Part shown: piece by piece, positions 49,369-62,402 of the stretch
How positions within the stretch are numbered: position 1 is the first letter of the stretch
Layout of the letters: the number at the start of each line of letters is the position of its first letter
DNA from: Vezdaea acicularis
Taxonomy: Eukaryota
Direction of reading: 5' to 3'
Assembly: GCA_026025075.1 (NCBI GenBank)
Contig: JAPEUI010000012.1
Location: 124,001-188,000, forward strand
DNA: 64,000 nucleotides
Translations under genes and position numbers: made by a program
The notes under the pieces: generated by a model
Seen by the model: only the letters and a program-made list of their open reading frames with translations
The model's database searches: none
Told to the model about the DNA's origin: nothing

Positions 49369-51687
49369 ATGCACCTAACTTTAGATCAAATGGGTAATTA
49401 TCTTCCTCCAGAGACGAAGGATACCGTACTCGATGTTGGTGCAAGCACTCGTGCTCAGTTCAACCCTACAAGTGGCACTACTACCCTCATCTCCACGACT
49501 GCCCAGCCTACCAGTACATCCTCCATCATCACGCCCACTCCCTCTACTTCTTCTATTCCTGCTTCTCGCACCATTTCTACCCCTGCAATAGTGGGCATCC
49601 TCATTGGTGCCGTCTTCGGAGTTCTTCTACTTGGCCTGCTCTCATGGTGTATCTTAAGACGCCGGTTCCAACGCAAGAAGAGAGAAGCAGCAGCTAAAGC
49701 ACTGCAAGCCAAGCGTCTTGAGGATGAACTCCGCCTAAAGGATGAGAGGACCACCGGAATACCAGTCACGGAGCATGTTATTCGCAGACCGCCGACAGAG
49801 AGGACTGGAGCGAGCTCTCTCTGGGAAGCCAGAAGCGACAAGACTGAATTGACACCCCTTGGAGCGAGTCGACTAAGGCCTATGCCCTCAAGGCCTGCTC
49901 TGAGGACTGCTAATCAAATTGGAAGTGGTGCAGAGAGAATCCCGATAAAGGAGAGCTTTGCTAGTCAAGGAACCACTTTGCTAGGCTCTCCAACGTTCGG
50001 TACCATGTCACCCCCTACCAGTCTCGATAGCACGGTGGTAGGCTCTGGGAGCATTAGCTCAAACCCGTCTCCTTCCCGTACTCGGTCTCAACAACCCATC
50101 GTTACATCAACTTCTGCTCATTCGCCGATTCAGCCAATTCCATCCGCTTCAGGAGTATCTGAAGTATATCGCGATAGTCACCAAGCACGTGGAAGGCAGC
50201 TAACGCAGACGAGGAACACTGTGGCAAATACTCAACGGAGCAGAACGCGGCCGCTGGCATTGGATGCTCCTCTCGTCGATTCAATGGGGGTAAGCTACGA
50301 AAGTGCAAGCTTCGTAGCTCTACCACAGACATTCGTCCGCGCACGCCTTATTGATATCGGCCCCAGGCATACCTCAACGCCAGCTCATCCTCTACGCAGC
50401 AACCCAGTTCAACGGGATAATAGCCAGGATTCCCCGAGCATTCCTGGTCAGATTCCTCAATCCAGTTACAGCATGCCTTCGCTCGTCCGAACCCTATCAT
50501 CGAAGAAACGAGATGACCCCGAAAGGACGAGGGCAGAGACCGATGAAGAGGCTCACCAAGCAACAAGGAAAGAAAGCCAAGCAAGTCTTGGGAGTGGTGT
50601 ACAGACGTGGGTAAAAACACAAATAGTCAAACTTCCTCACGAACGAGCCATATCTCCACTGTCGAACATGTCGTCTCTCTCGCCTGATTTGCCAGCGCCC
50701 CCTATTTTGGAATCCAGTCAACTGCTAAAGACACCACCCTCAAAGGAGATTAGAAGGCACAGCCAACCGACACCAAGCAAATGTGAGATGGACAAGTACA
50801 AACGCCGGGGTGCCATCGCAACTACATTTAACCCCGCGAATACTTCATCAACCCTCACTCAGCTTACCAGCCGAACTCAGCCTCCAATCCCTGTCCTAGC
50901 TTGGCCCCTGAGAACAGACTCGCTCCAGGAGGAGACTTTCAAATTGACAAGTAGCACTTCCGTACCCGTCATAACTGCAACTAACGCATCTCTTTCTGGA
51001 TCATCGAACGCTTCCTCTCGGCCATCTCGAGCACGCCAGACGTTCGTTTCAACTCCATCCCAAAGTGCACAAAGCCTCTTCCATACCGCTCCCTCCACCC
51101 CGGCTATCAATGACGACGAAGCAAGTCCCAACCGTGCAGAAGTACAGGCTCAGAAAGACGAACTCCTTGCTCAAGCTGCCGCCATACTTGGCTCTGAATC
51201 AACCAGCGCTTCCTCTTCCTCGTCCTCAACTCCATCCCTTCCCCTGACCACTTCCACAACCAAAGCAAGACTCACCCCCGCACCCCTCTCCCCCCGCAGA
51301 TCTATCCCCACCCCTCAACTCTCCAGACCCACTCAGTCCCGCACTCTACTCGCGCCGCCCCGTCCGCCCGCCTCGATAGTGTCCGCATCTGACGCCCCAA
51401 CCACCTTTTCCCGCCTCAACTTCTCGCTCCCAATGACTCACCCGCGTACCCTAGCCCCCAGCTTCCGCTCCCCCACCTCCGCGGCCCCAACTCAAGTCAC
51501 CGGCTTCACGCACGGCACGCAAGAGACCTCGCTCGCTAGCGGCGAAGATCCTTTCGGCGAGGAGGCAAAGGAGAATCGGCGCAGAGCGGTTGAGAGGCAG
51601 AGAGGAAGAAGAATGCGCGACTTGGAGAGGGCAAAGCTGGCGAGGGAGAGGGCTGAGGCTTTGGGGAGGGAGTTGAGTGAAGATTGA
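49369..51687 (+). CDS. Hypothetical single-pass membrane protein with S/T-rich N-terminus and long S/P/T-rich disordered tail
   Basis: 772-aa uninterrupted ORF; TM AIVGILIGAVFGVLLLGLLSWCIL followed by basic RRRFQRKKR. Confidence 0.7.
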   Translation: MHLTLDQMGNYLPPETKDTVLDVGASTRAQFNPTSGTTTLISTTAQPTSTSSIITPTPSTSSIPASRTISTPAIVGILIGAVFGVLLLGLLSWCILRRRFQRKKREAAAKALQAKRLEDELRLKDERTTGIPVTEHVIRRPPTERTGASSLWEARSDKTELTPLGASRLRPMPSRPALRTANQIGSGAERIPIKESFASQGTTLLGSPTFGTMSPPTSLDSTVVGSGSISSNPSPSRTRSQQPIVTSTSAHSPIQPIPSASGVSEVYRDSHQARGRQLTQTRNTVANTQRSRTRPLALDAPLVDSMGVSYESASFVALPQTFVRARLIDIGPRHTSTPAHPLRSNPVQRDNSQDSPSIPGQIPQSSYSMPSLVRTLSSKKRDDPERTRAETDEEAHQATRKESQASLGSGVQTWVKTQIVKLPHERAISPLSNMSSLSPDLPAPPILESSQLLKTPPSKEIRRHSQPTPSKCEMDKYKRRGAIATTFNPANTSSTLTQLTSRTQPPIPVLAWPLRTDSLQEETFKLTSSTSVPVITATNASLSGSSNASSRPSRARQTFVSTPSQSAQSLFHTAPSTPAINDDEASPNRAEVQAQKDELLAQAAAILGSESTSASSSSSSTPSLPLTTSTTKARLTPAPLSPRRSIPTPQLSRPTQSRTLLAPPRPPASIVSASDAPTTFSRLNFSLPMTHPRTLAPSFRSPTSAAPTQVTGFTHGTQETSLASGEDPFGEEAKENRRRAVERQRGRRMRDLERAKLARERAEALGRELSED

Positions 51688-53703
51688 GGAGGGTTGGTAC
51701 TCGACAGATAGCTGGGCTGGGAGAGATTTTAATAACTTGATGAGTTCACGGATTGCTTGCTTGCTTGGTGGCACTAGGAGGGGGAAACAATTGGAGGGAT
51801 TGCACCGGACTTGGCATTTGCGATTGCTCTTCTAACCCGCCTGGAGCTCCGCACAGATTGGAACGAATAGATATGCTGCGCTAGCTACCTAAATATTCTC
51901 CACTCCAATTCAAAGCCGAAATGACTTGAAAGGAACCCGTGACATCAAACTCGCCAATGCATAGACCCGCTACGAATCAAAGGAGTATAGACTTAGAGTG
52001 AATCAAAGCTTTGTGAGATGTGTGAAACTTATTTTGGTAAGCATTACTGGAAAAGAAAAACGAAATTCGTTTTCATCATTCAAGAAAGTATGGAAAGTAT
52101 TAAGTGGGTTGAAGACTAAATAACCAACCCTCCAGTTTCCAAAGTGGTAACCTCGCGGGAGAAAAAGTGCAACTGAAATTCAAAAACCCAGAAGAACCAA
52201 CACCGATTATTTTGTAGGTTTTTAAAATCAAGATCTAGAAGGGAAAAAAAAGAAAAGAAATCTACAAGCTAGTTCGAAACTAAGAACAAAATTATTAGGC
52301 AGTTATGGTCGCGATTCTGGGGCTGTTGACTTTTGTTGTGGCGCGCTCTCCAGAAACACGCGAGTTTGGCGATGGGTGTCCACATCGCAACAACATCATT
52401 TACGCAAATCCCATCATCCTGGAAGAACCACGATCCATCCATTATTATCATTGATGCAGTTCAAAGCGATATATGTAAATGTGTTGATTAGCATGAGTAA
52501 CAATCAATGTAAAGTTATCTACGGGTGGCCATTAAAGCTCCAGTCGCGATCCAATGGACCTCACATCTCCTGGAACCTCATGTCGATACTCGATGATGTA
52601 TCGAATATTTCCCTTGAATATTCCATTATATTGCTTCTAGAATCATTAATCTGGACTTTGAGTTCATGAAGCTCTCAACCTCTCGTAGCTTGCATTGATA
52701 CGTTATTCTCTGTATGTGCTCTTTGAAGTAAAAAAAGGACCTCCTGCCTTTTCCTAAGGAAACTTGGAACTAACAACTCCGGACGCTACGCCGATAAGCC
52801 ATACATATGTGATATATATGTAAAACAAGATATTCCATCTTTAAGTTTATGATTGGATAAGTTCTGTTCCTCTAAGCTCACAATAATTCGTCATTACCCG
52901 GACCAGGAGACACGTCACTTTGATCTGAGCAAGGCATACCATTGCCCTAACCCTAACTTACTTGGAATTAAGCGAAATGAGGACACCCAAAGGGGCGAGG
53001 CGCAGCAGCATCTAATGGTCACGGGAACGGCACAAGTAAATCAAAGATTCTCTCCCAAGTTCAAAACTTTCTCATCCTTTCTTCACCTCCTCCACCTTGA
53101 TCTTTCTTGACTTTGCTTTACCTGCACCTTCAGGGCTCCTCTGCTCTAAAGTCATACCTTTTGATCTGCAACTCTCACTGGAATCGAGGCTTTTCCGATC
53201 GTTTGCTCAAACAAAGGTAAGTTTCTCTGAAACGTTCACGTCGTCCTATTCTTACCCCTGACTCCACACCTCCTGCAGGCTCACAATTGTGACATTCTTG
53301 TAAGCTTGCCTAATCTGCAACCCTTTACGTAATTTCTCTTGTAAGTAGACATATACTTCCCCAAAGTCGGAGGATAATCAGAACACTCGTAAAAACAAAG
53401 AAACAAAAGAACAAAAGACCAAAGTTCCAAGATTTTTTTGATCATCATTGTTTCCTCTCCTTTCACCGATACGACCCCCCTTCTTTTATATAGATACATA
53501 AGATGGGTGCTTATCGTTCTTGCAATTCACTCTTCTTTTTGGCTTTTCTGGTGTACTTTAAGTTTCCCCTAAGCTTATGTTCTCGACCGATATCGAAGTC
53601 GCAGTTAGGCCAGGCAAACTCTGCTCATTCCTCGCTATACAAGGCATCAAAATTCAAATCTTTTTGTGTTTCCATATACTAATATCGCTATTCAGTGTTT
53701 GAC

Positions 53704-56005
53704 ATGGATTCCGCCAAAACTCCTGAGGTCAATACTTTTGATACACAACCTATGGTTTCCGTGTTGAATGACTTGATAAATCAAAATGGTTTGACCGTGG
53801 GACCTGAATGGACTGAAAAGACCGAATTCGATTATGCTAGATACAACTCTGGCTCAGGTGCAAATGGTCAAACTTCATCTGGTGTTACTTTTGCGAACGA
53901 AGACAATGTGCCATGGGCTGCAGAGGCTGAAAAGTATGAGTTTGTTGGTGACGAGGGTGACATTGGTCCACCTCACCCAGCACTCGAAGCGGTTCTGTTT
54001 ACATCGGAATTCCTAATGCGCACTGGTCTTGCATTTGATCAGTAAGACACAAGTTTCATTGACCATTTTTAAACGTGCTAATAATCGATAGATTGAACTC
54101 AATTCGTGTAACTGAAGAGGGAACTGTCAAAGTTGCACCTGTTCGGGAGGTTCGTATTCCATACGTTTTATTACAACTTTACGCTGATTTGTCCATCTCA
54201 TAGTTTGCCGACGCCGGTTTACATCCGCAAATGCTCGCCAATATTAAGCTGTGCAAGTATGAAAAACCAACACCCATTCAGGCATATTGCCTCCCGGCAA
54301 TTCTGAAGGGCTACGATGTGATTGCTTGTGCACAGACTGGTGAAGTTTCCTTCAACAAAAACTTGATGAGATAATTGAAATTGGCTAATACTTTCAAAAT
54401 CTAGGCTCTGGTAAAACGGCCGCTTTCCTCATACCCACCTTGTCCAAGTTGATGGGAAAGGCCCGTGAGCTTGCTGCACCACGCCCCGACCCGACCATCC
54501 CAGCAACTTTTGGTAAAATGTACCGCGCAGAGCCTCTTATCCTCATTGTTGCGCCGACCAGAGAGTTGGCAACTCAGATCTTCGATGAGGCACGTCGATT
54601 CTGTTACCGGTCCATGCTGCGCCCATGTGTCGTCTACGGAGGAGCGCCCGTAAGTAGTCAGAGAGAAGAATTGCTTAAAGGCTGCGACATCCTCATTGGT
54701 ACCCCCGGTCGGCTCTGTGATTTCATGAATAAGCCTCATGTTCTCTCCATGAGTCGTCTCAAGTAAGTAAGATTTTACTCAATTGGAATGTAATAGAGCT
54801 AAGAGAGAAAATTAGGTACACAATTATCGATGAAGCCGATGAGATGTTGAAGTATGATTGGAATCATGAGTTGGAACAGATCATGTCAGGTGGTGGTATG
54901 TCTCACCAATTGAGCTTCTTGTCCACGCTTCTTTGTGTAGGAGTCTTTAAAACAACCTCTGACATTCTACTAACTAGACACCAATGACGATGCTGATCAT
55001 GTGTACATGATGTTTTCTGCTACTTTCCCAAAGGGTGCTAGAGCGCTGGCTAAGGGATATATGTCTCAGGAGCACGTTCGGTTTGTCATGGGCCGAGCTG
55101 GGAGCTCTCACATGAATGTGAAGCAAGGAGTACGTAGTTTATTCATTATGAGTTCCAGTGCTCTGCATATCTAATCTCTCACAGGTCGTTTTTGTTGAGC
55201 AGAATCAAAAGAACCAGGCTTTGTATGACCTTCTGTTCGCAAATCCACCAACAAGGACAATGATTTTCGTAAACACAAAGCATACAGCCGACCAGGTCGA
55301 CGATTACCTATTCAACCGCGGTCTTCCAACTACATCCATTCATAGTCAGCGCACTCAACGAGAGCGTGAAGACGCCATGTAGGTCTATGTAATCTTAGCT
55401 CTTTCGCTATGAGTTAACCGCTCGCTAGTCGTTCGTTCCGCTCAGGCCAATGCCCAATTCTGATCACCACTAGCTTAGGAGCTAGAGGTATAGACATCAA
55501 GAACGTCATGCATGTCGTCAATTATGACCTTCCAAGCGTGGAAAATGGAGGAATTGGAGATTACATTCATCGTATTGGTAAAGACTGTCAGATACTATCC
55601 ATTTGCATCAACAGCTAACGTACTTTAGGGCGCACGGCTCGTATTGGGAATACAGGCCTCGCAACTTCATTTTTTAATGAACGTGATGAAGAGCTTGCTC
55701 GTACACTTGTGAAGGTCCTGCTCGAAACTAAACATAAGATTCCGGACTTTCTGGAACAATACGCCCCCATTGAAGGAGAAGCCATCGAGTTTGATGACGA
55801 TAAGTCGGATGATGAACTATATGATGAAGCCAAGTCTGATGATCAAAGGTCTGCCAATGGCCTCCATAATCATGCTAAGTCAGATGACGATATGTCTGAT
55901 GACGATATGTATGATGATGCAAAGTCGGAGGAGAAGAAGGGTAATGATGGAGACACAATCGCTGAGGGTACTGAGCGATATGCTGGAGGCGTTGGCGACG
56001 TCTAG
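53704..56005 (+). CDS. DEAD-box RNA helicase, Ded1/DDX3-related divergent paralog; about 8 introns
   Basis: Q motif [51 protein letters not shown]; acidic C-terminus. Confidence 0.92.
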
Positions 56006-56075
56006 GCGTATCTGAAGCATGTGTACCTGGAGGCATCTTGTTGCCAGTCTAGTGAATTTTCTGGACTAGATGGAC

Positions 56076-56277
56076 TCCTTCAACCTTCTTAGGCCTCTTT
56101 TTGTTTCTCAGGGTGAGATGAGAAGCTTTGGGTTAAGCTTGCCTTCTTCAACCTTTCTAGGCCTCCTTCGGTTTCTCAGGGTGAGTTGAGAAGCTGCGGA
56201 TGAATCTAGCCTCCTTATTCTTCTTAGGCCTCGTTCTGTTTCTCAAGGTGAGATGAGAAGCTGCGGACTAAGCTCGC
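56076..56277. repeat. Three diverged ~68-bp tandem repeats in the helicase 3' region
   Basis: Shared core TAGGCCT..GTTTCTCA(G/A)GGTGAG(A/T)TGAGAAGCT with GT at 56113, 56181 and 56248. Confidence 0.9.
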
Positions 56278-56564
56278 TGGTCTTCATTTGCATTTGCAAA
56301 CTGTAGTAGATAGGTAGTATAACCAAATCTAATGACCACCAGGAAGCTCAATTCCAAGTGAGAAAATACATGTTGTCCCAGGTCAAATGCTTTCTTAACG
56401 CATCATAAACTGCCTACTTAGGAGTGGGCGGGCTTGGCTTTGTTCCAGGCCAAAATTCTACCTTTATCGCTTGCCGCTACCTGTCGTGTAAAACTATGAA
56501 CACTGCGATGATCAATTCCACAATAACATTTGAGTAGAACACGAGCAGCAACGCATGAAAGCAA

Positions 56565-58268
56565 ATGCACATGTCCTGTTCAAGGTGTCTCAAACCGCTT
56601 TGCGACATAGACCATGATTCTGGAGCTCTTAAGCTCAATCTCATCAAGAGACATCCAAAGACTGGAGCGGTGCTCACTAATCTGTGCTCCGACGATGAAG
56701 AGTTCGCCCTGTACTATAAGGATTCCTGGCACGTCAGAAAGGATTGCGAAGATGGCATTGACCGCAATAGAGAGTGTCTGAGCCTTATTGTTAAGAAAAA
56801 CCTTAGTAAACTCCTCAGACGAAGGGATGGGCATTATTTCGACTGTTTTGGATGGAGAGAGCTGCTCATTCGCATCGTGGCCTGGGCAGAAGGCTATTCT
56901 GAGACTACCAAAGAGCGCATGGAGGACATTATGCACTGCGGGAAGGGTGGATTGGGACTTTACTATACTCGAGAGAGGTACACCTACATTGACGAATACG
57001 GAGAGCTTCTATATCAAGGCAGCCAGCTGCTCCGCTTTCGATACATTCTCGACTACCCAGAAGCTAACGAAACAGCCTTCGAGAAGGACGACTTGGCATG
57101 GCAAGCAAGCCTCATCTTCGGGCATACACCAGACAAAGATGGAATCTTTATGAAAGACTTCATAAAAGATATCACAAATGAGAAATTTCCAAAGATGCCG
57201 CGACGAGTCGAAGAACAGCCAGCACCTAAGGGTAATCTTGATCCAAGAAAGCAGAAAAAACTGGAAGCAAAATTGGAGAAGAAAAAAGCAAGAAGATTGG
57301 AGAAAGGCCTTCCCGAAGTTATAGAACGAATTCGTCCTCCACCGTTTCCTAAGATCGATCCCCATGACAGTGGCTGTCCCTGTTGTTTGAATAGAATTAC
57401 GAAGGGAGAAAATAATATCAAGTTCCTTGACGTGTTCATGAGGTACCTTGAAAGCGAATTCGAAGTGAGCCGCGAGCCAGACAGCCCCAACCAACCCTCG
57501 TTCGAATTGCACATCTGCTTTTCCTTATGGGAATGGTCTCGAGTAATACCCATCAACACCTACCAGATGGTTATGGTCAGCGCAATTGAAAATGGAAGTG
57601 TCGAAATCCGCTGGAGTAAAGAGTCTGTGGCTTTGGAGTACTCGGCCGAAAGGATTATGGATGGTTGCGAGAAGCTTATGTCGACATGCGAAGCCATGGA
57701 ATACGAAGATTTTAGAAAACAGGAAGTCAAAGTATTTACTGAGATGATACAACATAAAACAAAGATGCTGGATTTCTACGCCAAGTATACGGAGTGGGAA
57801 AGTGTCCTATCTAAAGAGGAGAAACGACGCAAATCCTTCCTCCTTGAGCGGCTGGACAGCTTTATAAAATTACGTGAGAAAATCAGAGGGAAGGCAGAGT
57901 CACATCATCAGAGATTACAGAAGGCAGCCGTGCACAAGACAGGAATTGAGACCATTGAGGAATCGCTGACTGATAAGCCAGAGGCTACTCAGGAGGATAG
58001 CGCCATTGACAAGATTACGTCGGGTGCACATTTATTCCTGAAACCTAGAGTCCTGGAGAATATCTTGGAGGCAGAACAGCGCGCGACCAAGCGGGTTTCA
58101 TTGATCAGATCCCCAATGAGACCCACTATCGACTTTGACCCAAGCTTCATCGAGGAAGCACGGCGGCAAAAGAACAGGTTCAAGGAGCAACGCGAGGAAA
58201 GGAAGCGTCTTCTGAGCAGCAATTTCAATCATAGCGGAGGCTATGATCTCGACCAACTGCTCAGCTGA
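56565..58268 (+). CDS. Hypothetical protein, 567 aa, no recognised family
   Basis: Long intronless ORF with globular-like composition, CxxC and CPCC motifs, a basic KKLEAKLEKKKARR segment and a coiled-coil-like C-terminal region. Confidence 0.7.
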   Translation: MHMSCSRCLKPLCDIDHDSGALKLNLIKRHPKTGAVLTNLCSDDEEFALYYKDSWHVRKDCEDGIDRNRECLSLIVKKNLSKLLRRRDGHYFDCFGWRELLIRIVAWAEGYSETTKERMEDIMHCGKGGLGLYYTRERYTYIDEYGELLYQGSQLLRFRYILDYPEANETAFEKDDLAWQASLIFGHTPDKDGIFMKDFIKDITNEKFPKMPRRVEEQPAPKGNLDPRKQKKLEAKLEKKKARRLEKGLPEVIERIRPPPFPKIDPHDSGCPCCLNRITKGENNIKFLDVFMRYLESEFEVSREPDSPNQPSFELHICFSLWEWSRVIPINTYQMVMVSAIENGSVEIRWSKESVALEYSAERIMDGCEKLMSTCEAMEYEDFRKQEVKVFTEMIQHKTKMLDFYAKYTEWESVLSKEEKRRKSFLLERLDSFIKLREKIRGKAESHHQRLQKAAVHKTGIETIEESLTDKPEATQEDSAIDKITSGAHLFLKPRVLENILEAEQRATKRVSLIRSPMRPTIDFDPSFIEEARRQKNRFKEQREERKRLLSSNFNHSGGYDLDQLLS

Positions 58269-59141
58269 CCGAGCCAATAAGCCTGACCAGACCGGAGAAG
58301 GATTTCATCTGGATATGCCTGGTGACCTAGGTACCTCCCCGTGGGCTTTGCTGGACTCGAACGAAGGCCTCGGCGAGGAAGGGACCATAGGGAAGTAGCT
58401 TGACTTTCGGACCTAGCGAAGCTCAAGCTTTAATTATGTACTTGCTCTAACATACTATGCGTTTCCGATGGGAAAGCCGTGCATGTAGCTCGTAAAGTCT
58501 ACCAAGAGTGATTATGTGCGTTGAAGTGGGGATGGTGTTTCTTCCATTGATGCGGCGCCGCTACCGACGTCTAATGTGCGTCACTGATCTATCAGGTGCG
58601 CTTGTGCCGCCATGCCCTCAACATCCCAAGGCGTTCCCCACGGTCACCGCCCTGCTATGCAGCGCGATCACAAACCCGGTAAACTTGTAATGCAGGGTTA
58701 AGATTCGTCCCAATCCATTCCTTATCAGGCTGTATACAACCTCATCTGACCCCTACGCGCTCTTCCTAAACTATTTATTGGCGCGGTTTCCTCGCACGAC
58801 ACTCCACACTGTCGCTTTCAACTGATCCTCTATTTGCGCATTGGCTGGATCCTTAGCATCCTGATCACCGAACTCAGCATCGACCGACCTATGTTTTATC
58901 ATCCCTTCGGTGGTCCGTGTGACTATTGTTTCAGCTCCTGTAGTTCACGTGTTCAATGCTCGGACCCATAGCCAAACTAACCTCCAGCAGTCATATACTG
59001 TGGTTACTATGAACAATCTCTCCTCTGATCGCCGGAGTATCCTCACTTAGAACCACTAGATGATAGTGGCCCCATATAATACTGCGTAACCGCCGCGACT
59101 AAGGACCAAAGTGACTTTTGGAGGGGCGTAGGCGAACTCAC

Positions 59142-61713
59142 ATGCCTAAGACCAGCGTCTGGAGGAGAAAGCCGGGCTTTGGGAAGTCCTCTAAGAGCGA
59201 TGCTCCCACTATCGACGAAGCTGGGAGGGATGGAGCAAGGCCAGCGAAATGGAGCTTTGGAGTTCTTAACCCCTTAGACACAGACGAGGTCCCTGGTACG
59301 TTCTGATTTGATATTCGTATCATAGAAAATATAGTTCGGGCTGGATCCCATATAGTCACTTTTACTCACTAAGATTACTCTCAGGCTCAATTTTGCTTAT
59401 GTCCACAGCTAATCATAATGAGCCGCTTGGTCTACAGAGAGAACTTACTTACACTTCTGCTTCTTCGCTCCCTTCAGCCCATATACCAAGATTGGCTCGT
59501 CAACCTTCCAAGCTTTCAGCAGTCGAAGAGAAGAAACGGACTGCGGATGGGGAGATTATCCTCGAGCCACAGCCTGATGAATCGCTCAATGACCCCTTAA
59601 ATTGGCCGGTGTGGCGCCGCGATTCTGCCTTGCTTTCACTTGGGTTCTACTGCATGGTCGGCGGTGGCATGACTCCTATCCTTGCCGCTGGGTTCAATAA
59701 CGTAGCGGCGACATATAATGTCTCTATTCCCCAGGTCGCCCTGACGACAGGACTGTATATGATGGGATTAGGTGTTGGTTCTGTTATCGCGTCACCAACC
59801 GCAATACTTTTCGGAAAGAGACCTGTATATCTTGTTGGTGCGATTCTCTTTATCATCAGCTCGGTGTGGTGTGCAGCTTCGCCCAACTACGCTTCTTTGG
59901 TTGTTGCCAGAGTTGTGCAAGGCATGTCTGTAAGCCCTGTAGAATGTCTTCCTTCTGCAACTATCGCCGAAATATTCTTTCTACACGAACGTGCTTATAG
60001 AGTGGGTATATACACTCTCCTGCTGTTGAGTGGCAAGAACTTGGTCCCCCTGGTCAGCGCTGCAATTATTCAGAGCCTAGGTTGGCGCTGGGTGTTCTGG
60101 TAGGCCTTTAGCTTTCGCGTATTGTCTAGCAATAGCTCACATTACATAGGATCGTCGCCATGGTTGTGGGATTTTGTTTTGGTCTCATCTTCTTATTTGT
60201 TCCTGAGACGTTCTGGGATCGGACTCCTCGAGCGAAGACTAAACGCCCGACCTTGACGAGTCGTAGCTTCTCCTCACTTTGGCAGCATAAGCATCATGGA
60301 CGTCCTGATACTTCTGGCAAAGATAAAGACAAACCTGATCCTCCAAACGACGGAACTAACGAAAAGATTGACCAATTAGCTTCACAGGATTCAAGAGGCG
60401 GTATGAGAAGCACACTCGCTGCGCGACGGTTACATAAGAGCAACCGCATGGGTGTCAACGGTGACAGCGAAAATATGGATCAGTCTACCCCGCTTGCACT
60501 GTCTTCTCTCAAGCTGTACACCGAAGAAAGCCCGATGCACAGCGACCTCTCCTTCGAGACTGGGAAGGACAGTATAGAAGAGGCGGAGGAGTTAAACATA
60601 CCACCGACTGCCTCCAATAGATTTGCCTCGAATGTAGAACCTACGGAAGGTGCGCAGCCCACTTCAGCTCCTCATGATTTGAACTCGCCCTTTCATATTC
60701 ATGCTGATACGCAAGGCACTGGTTATCTGGGACACGAGACAGCCAAGGATGTCAGGACTTCGCAAAGACTAGAAGATACGGACCCTGGCTTCGTTGAAGG
60801 GGCTGTTGGTGAACTAGCGCCATCTATTACCCCTGGTCAACTGGTCCGATACACAACGAACTTGCGCCACCAGCCACCGCGTACTTTCGTACAGGCCCTG
60901 AGTCTGTGGAATGGTCGGTTGCAGCATGAGAGCTGGTGGCGTGTAGCTCTTCGTCCCTTCATTCTCTTCGCATACCCGGCAGTGCTCTGGAGCACAGTTG
61001 TTTATTCACTTTCTATTGGATGGCTGATTGTGCTTTCTGAATCAGTGGCTAATATATACAGATCAAAGCCGTATAATTTTAGCGCCTTGTCCACCGGGCT
61101 GATCTATATCTCTCCCTTTATTGGCGGAATTCTTGGTACTGCTGTCGCTGGTAAAGTATCAGACATCATCGTGCGTGACATGTCCCGTCGGAATGGTGGG
61201 GTATACGAGCCCGAATTTCGTCTTGTCATGGCTATCCCCGTGGCCATTGTTACAGCTATTGGCCTCATGGGCTACGGTTGGTCTGCTGACGTCCATGACA
61301 AGTGGATCGTCCCTACCGTTTTCTTCGGACTTATCAGTTTCGGATGCTCTCTGGGAAGTACGACGGCAATTACGTTCTGTGTTGACAGCTACAGGCAGTA
61401 TGCTGGGGAGGCGCTCGTAACGTTAAACTTCTCGAAGAGTAAGTCTCGCGTTACCTCTGCTCTAGCGCATATTAGCCGGCATTACGTGCTGAACTGGAGA
61501 TCTGTGGTCACTGATGGCTAAATAGATATATTTCACGGCCTTGCTTTCTCCTTATTTTTCAACCGCTGGTTAGCTGCCAAAGGTTCAAAGAGCGTGTTCA
61601 TGGCATTGGGTGGAATCCAGCTTGGATGCCTGCTTTTTACGATCCCAATGTTCATATATGGTAAGAGGGCACGCATGTGGACGACCAGAAAGAACTTCAT
61701 GGAAAAGTTATGA
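59142..61713 (+). CDS. MFS transporter, HOL1-like, with large central loop; 4 exons
   Basis: ILEPQPDESLNDPLNWP, ATIAEIFFLHERAYRVGIY, GWRWVFW, FVPETFWDR, RRNGGVYEPEFRL, YGKRARMWT. Confidence 0.92.
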
Positions 61714-62402
61714 GCTTGTGCATGGCAGTGATGGAGCATCGCATTTCCACCGGCGCTGGAGGAACCCCTTTTGGACGTGGATGCGCCGCTATTGTCTGGA
61801 AGTGTTCGAATTTACTAAGACGCATAATAGCATCGTATGATAGTCAAAGGAGGCTTTAGTCTCTATCGTGCATAAGATGTGGAGCCTGCTAGGAGTTATC
61901 GAGGAGGGTCATGTATCGTAGCTTATTCATTCTTGAAATACATATTGGGATGCATATTTTGTATAAGATACACTTCTCTAGGTCTCCCATATAGGTGTTG
62001 ATTTTACTATCTTGAAATTCTGTCATCAGCTTTGGTTACACGAGTATCAGCAGTTCTCCACTAGAGAGGTCTTCCATGGGGGCGGGACTTCGCTTGCAAC
62101 ATTTGTACCCGCGGCCATCTAATTTGTAGAACAGATTGTTACGATATCCCTTTCATTCTAACCTGGACATTTTCATTGAGATTGGCCACTTTGGCTAGAG
62201 GTAAGGTCGCCTCATCCATACAACTCTGAATACCAGGGGAGAGTCAAGGCATCAGCGCCTCGATATCTAGAAGACGTCTTTCCGTGGGTGAAGCTGCATG
62301 ACAGCAATGTCCTATCCCTGTACTTGAACGTTCTGTCAAGGGTGTATTCCTCAAGCCTGATTCTATTGCATCTCCTGAGAATAAACGTGAACATGGCTAA
62401 GG

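Noticed and set aside
56076..56277. CRISPR-like array
   Set aside because: Eukaryotic context, whole units are homologous (no unique spacers), no cas genes.
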